DNA from: Pseudomonadota bacterium
GTDB lineage: Bacteria > Bdellovibrionota_B > Oligoflexia > Silvanigrellales > Silvanigrellaceae
DNA length: 47,783 nt
NCBI GenBank assembly: GCA_039799905.1
Contig: JBDLRP010000018.1
Span: forward strand, 1 to 47,783
Direction: 5' to 3'
Below are positions 47,725-47,783 of this stretch, in pieces. The notes under the pieces were generated by a model. That model saw only the letters and a program-made list of their open reading frames with translations, did not search any database and had not been told where the DNA came from. Position 1 is the first letter of the stretch. Every line of letters begins with the position of its first letter. The translations under genes were made by a program, and so were the position numbers.

Positions 47725-47783
47725 GAATTTCGCAATTTACGGCAAAAGTCTAGCATCATGGTCAGGCGCGGAAAATGTCCGTA

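Noticed and set aside
1..47783. Genome-wide TGA recoding
   Set aside because: Conserved genes (phnC, rimM, rsmI, aroB, purT) end at TGA at expected lengths, several with coupled overlaps.
1..47783. CRISPR array, prophage or defence island
   Set aside because: No regularly spaced direct repeats, cas, integrase or phage structural genes were seen.

Overview
A gene-dense 47.8 kb bacterial chromosomal window. It uses the standard genetic code and has no prophage, CRISPR array or intact mobile element. Many secreted lipoproteins, proteases and beta-barrels, a short flagellin and FliA-like promoters suggest a Bdellovibrionota/Oligoflexia-like organism (inference only). Recognisable genes: phnE (partial) and phnC, Slt lytic transglycosylase, OmpR-type regulator plus Hpt protein, S8 protease, GH57 amylase, GP42-type transglutaminase, acid phosphatase, histidine kinase, rimM-trmD, MFS-rsmI-aroB-crotonase-lipoprotein-FabK-like operon, flagellin, renalase-like oxidoreductase, O-methyltransferase, Cry-DASH, pirin, SRAP, trypsin-like proteases, CE4 deacetylase, purT, a MatC-like transporter, tRNA-Cys, a tandem HD protein and a gamma-carbonic anhydrase. 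Top leads: (1) a clean 126-aa IS6-transposase-derived gene with the first catalytic Asp replaced, no C-terminal half and its own terminator, i.e. a candidate domesticated transposase beside a regulator/Hpt pair; (2) an 836-aa lipoprotein with a trypsin triad spread over about 670 residues; (3) an in-frame TGA where a Cys would be expected in a lipoprotein; (4) a tandem HD protein with one degenerate half; (5) a bacterial transglutaminase carrying a Pep-13-like motif. All family calls are from motif recognition by eye; no searches were run. Several starts were moved from the ORF track to RBS-supported codons.
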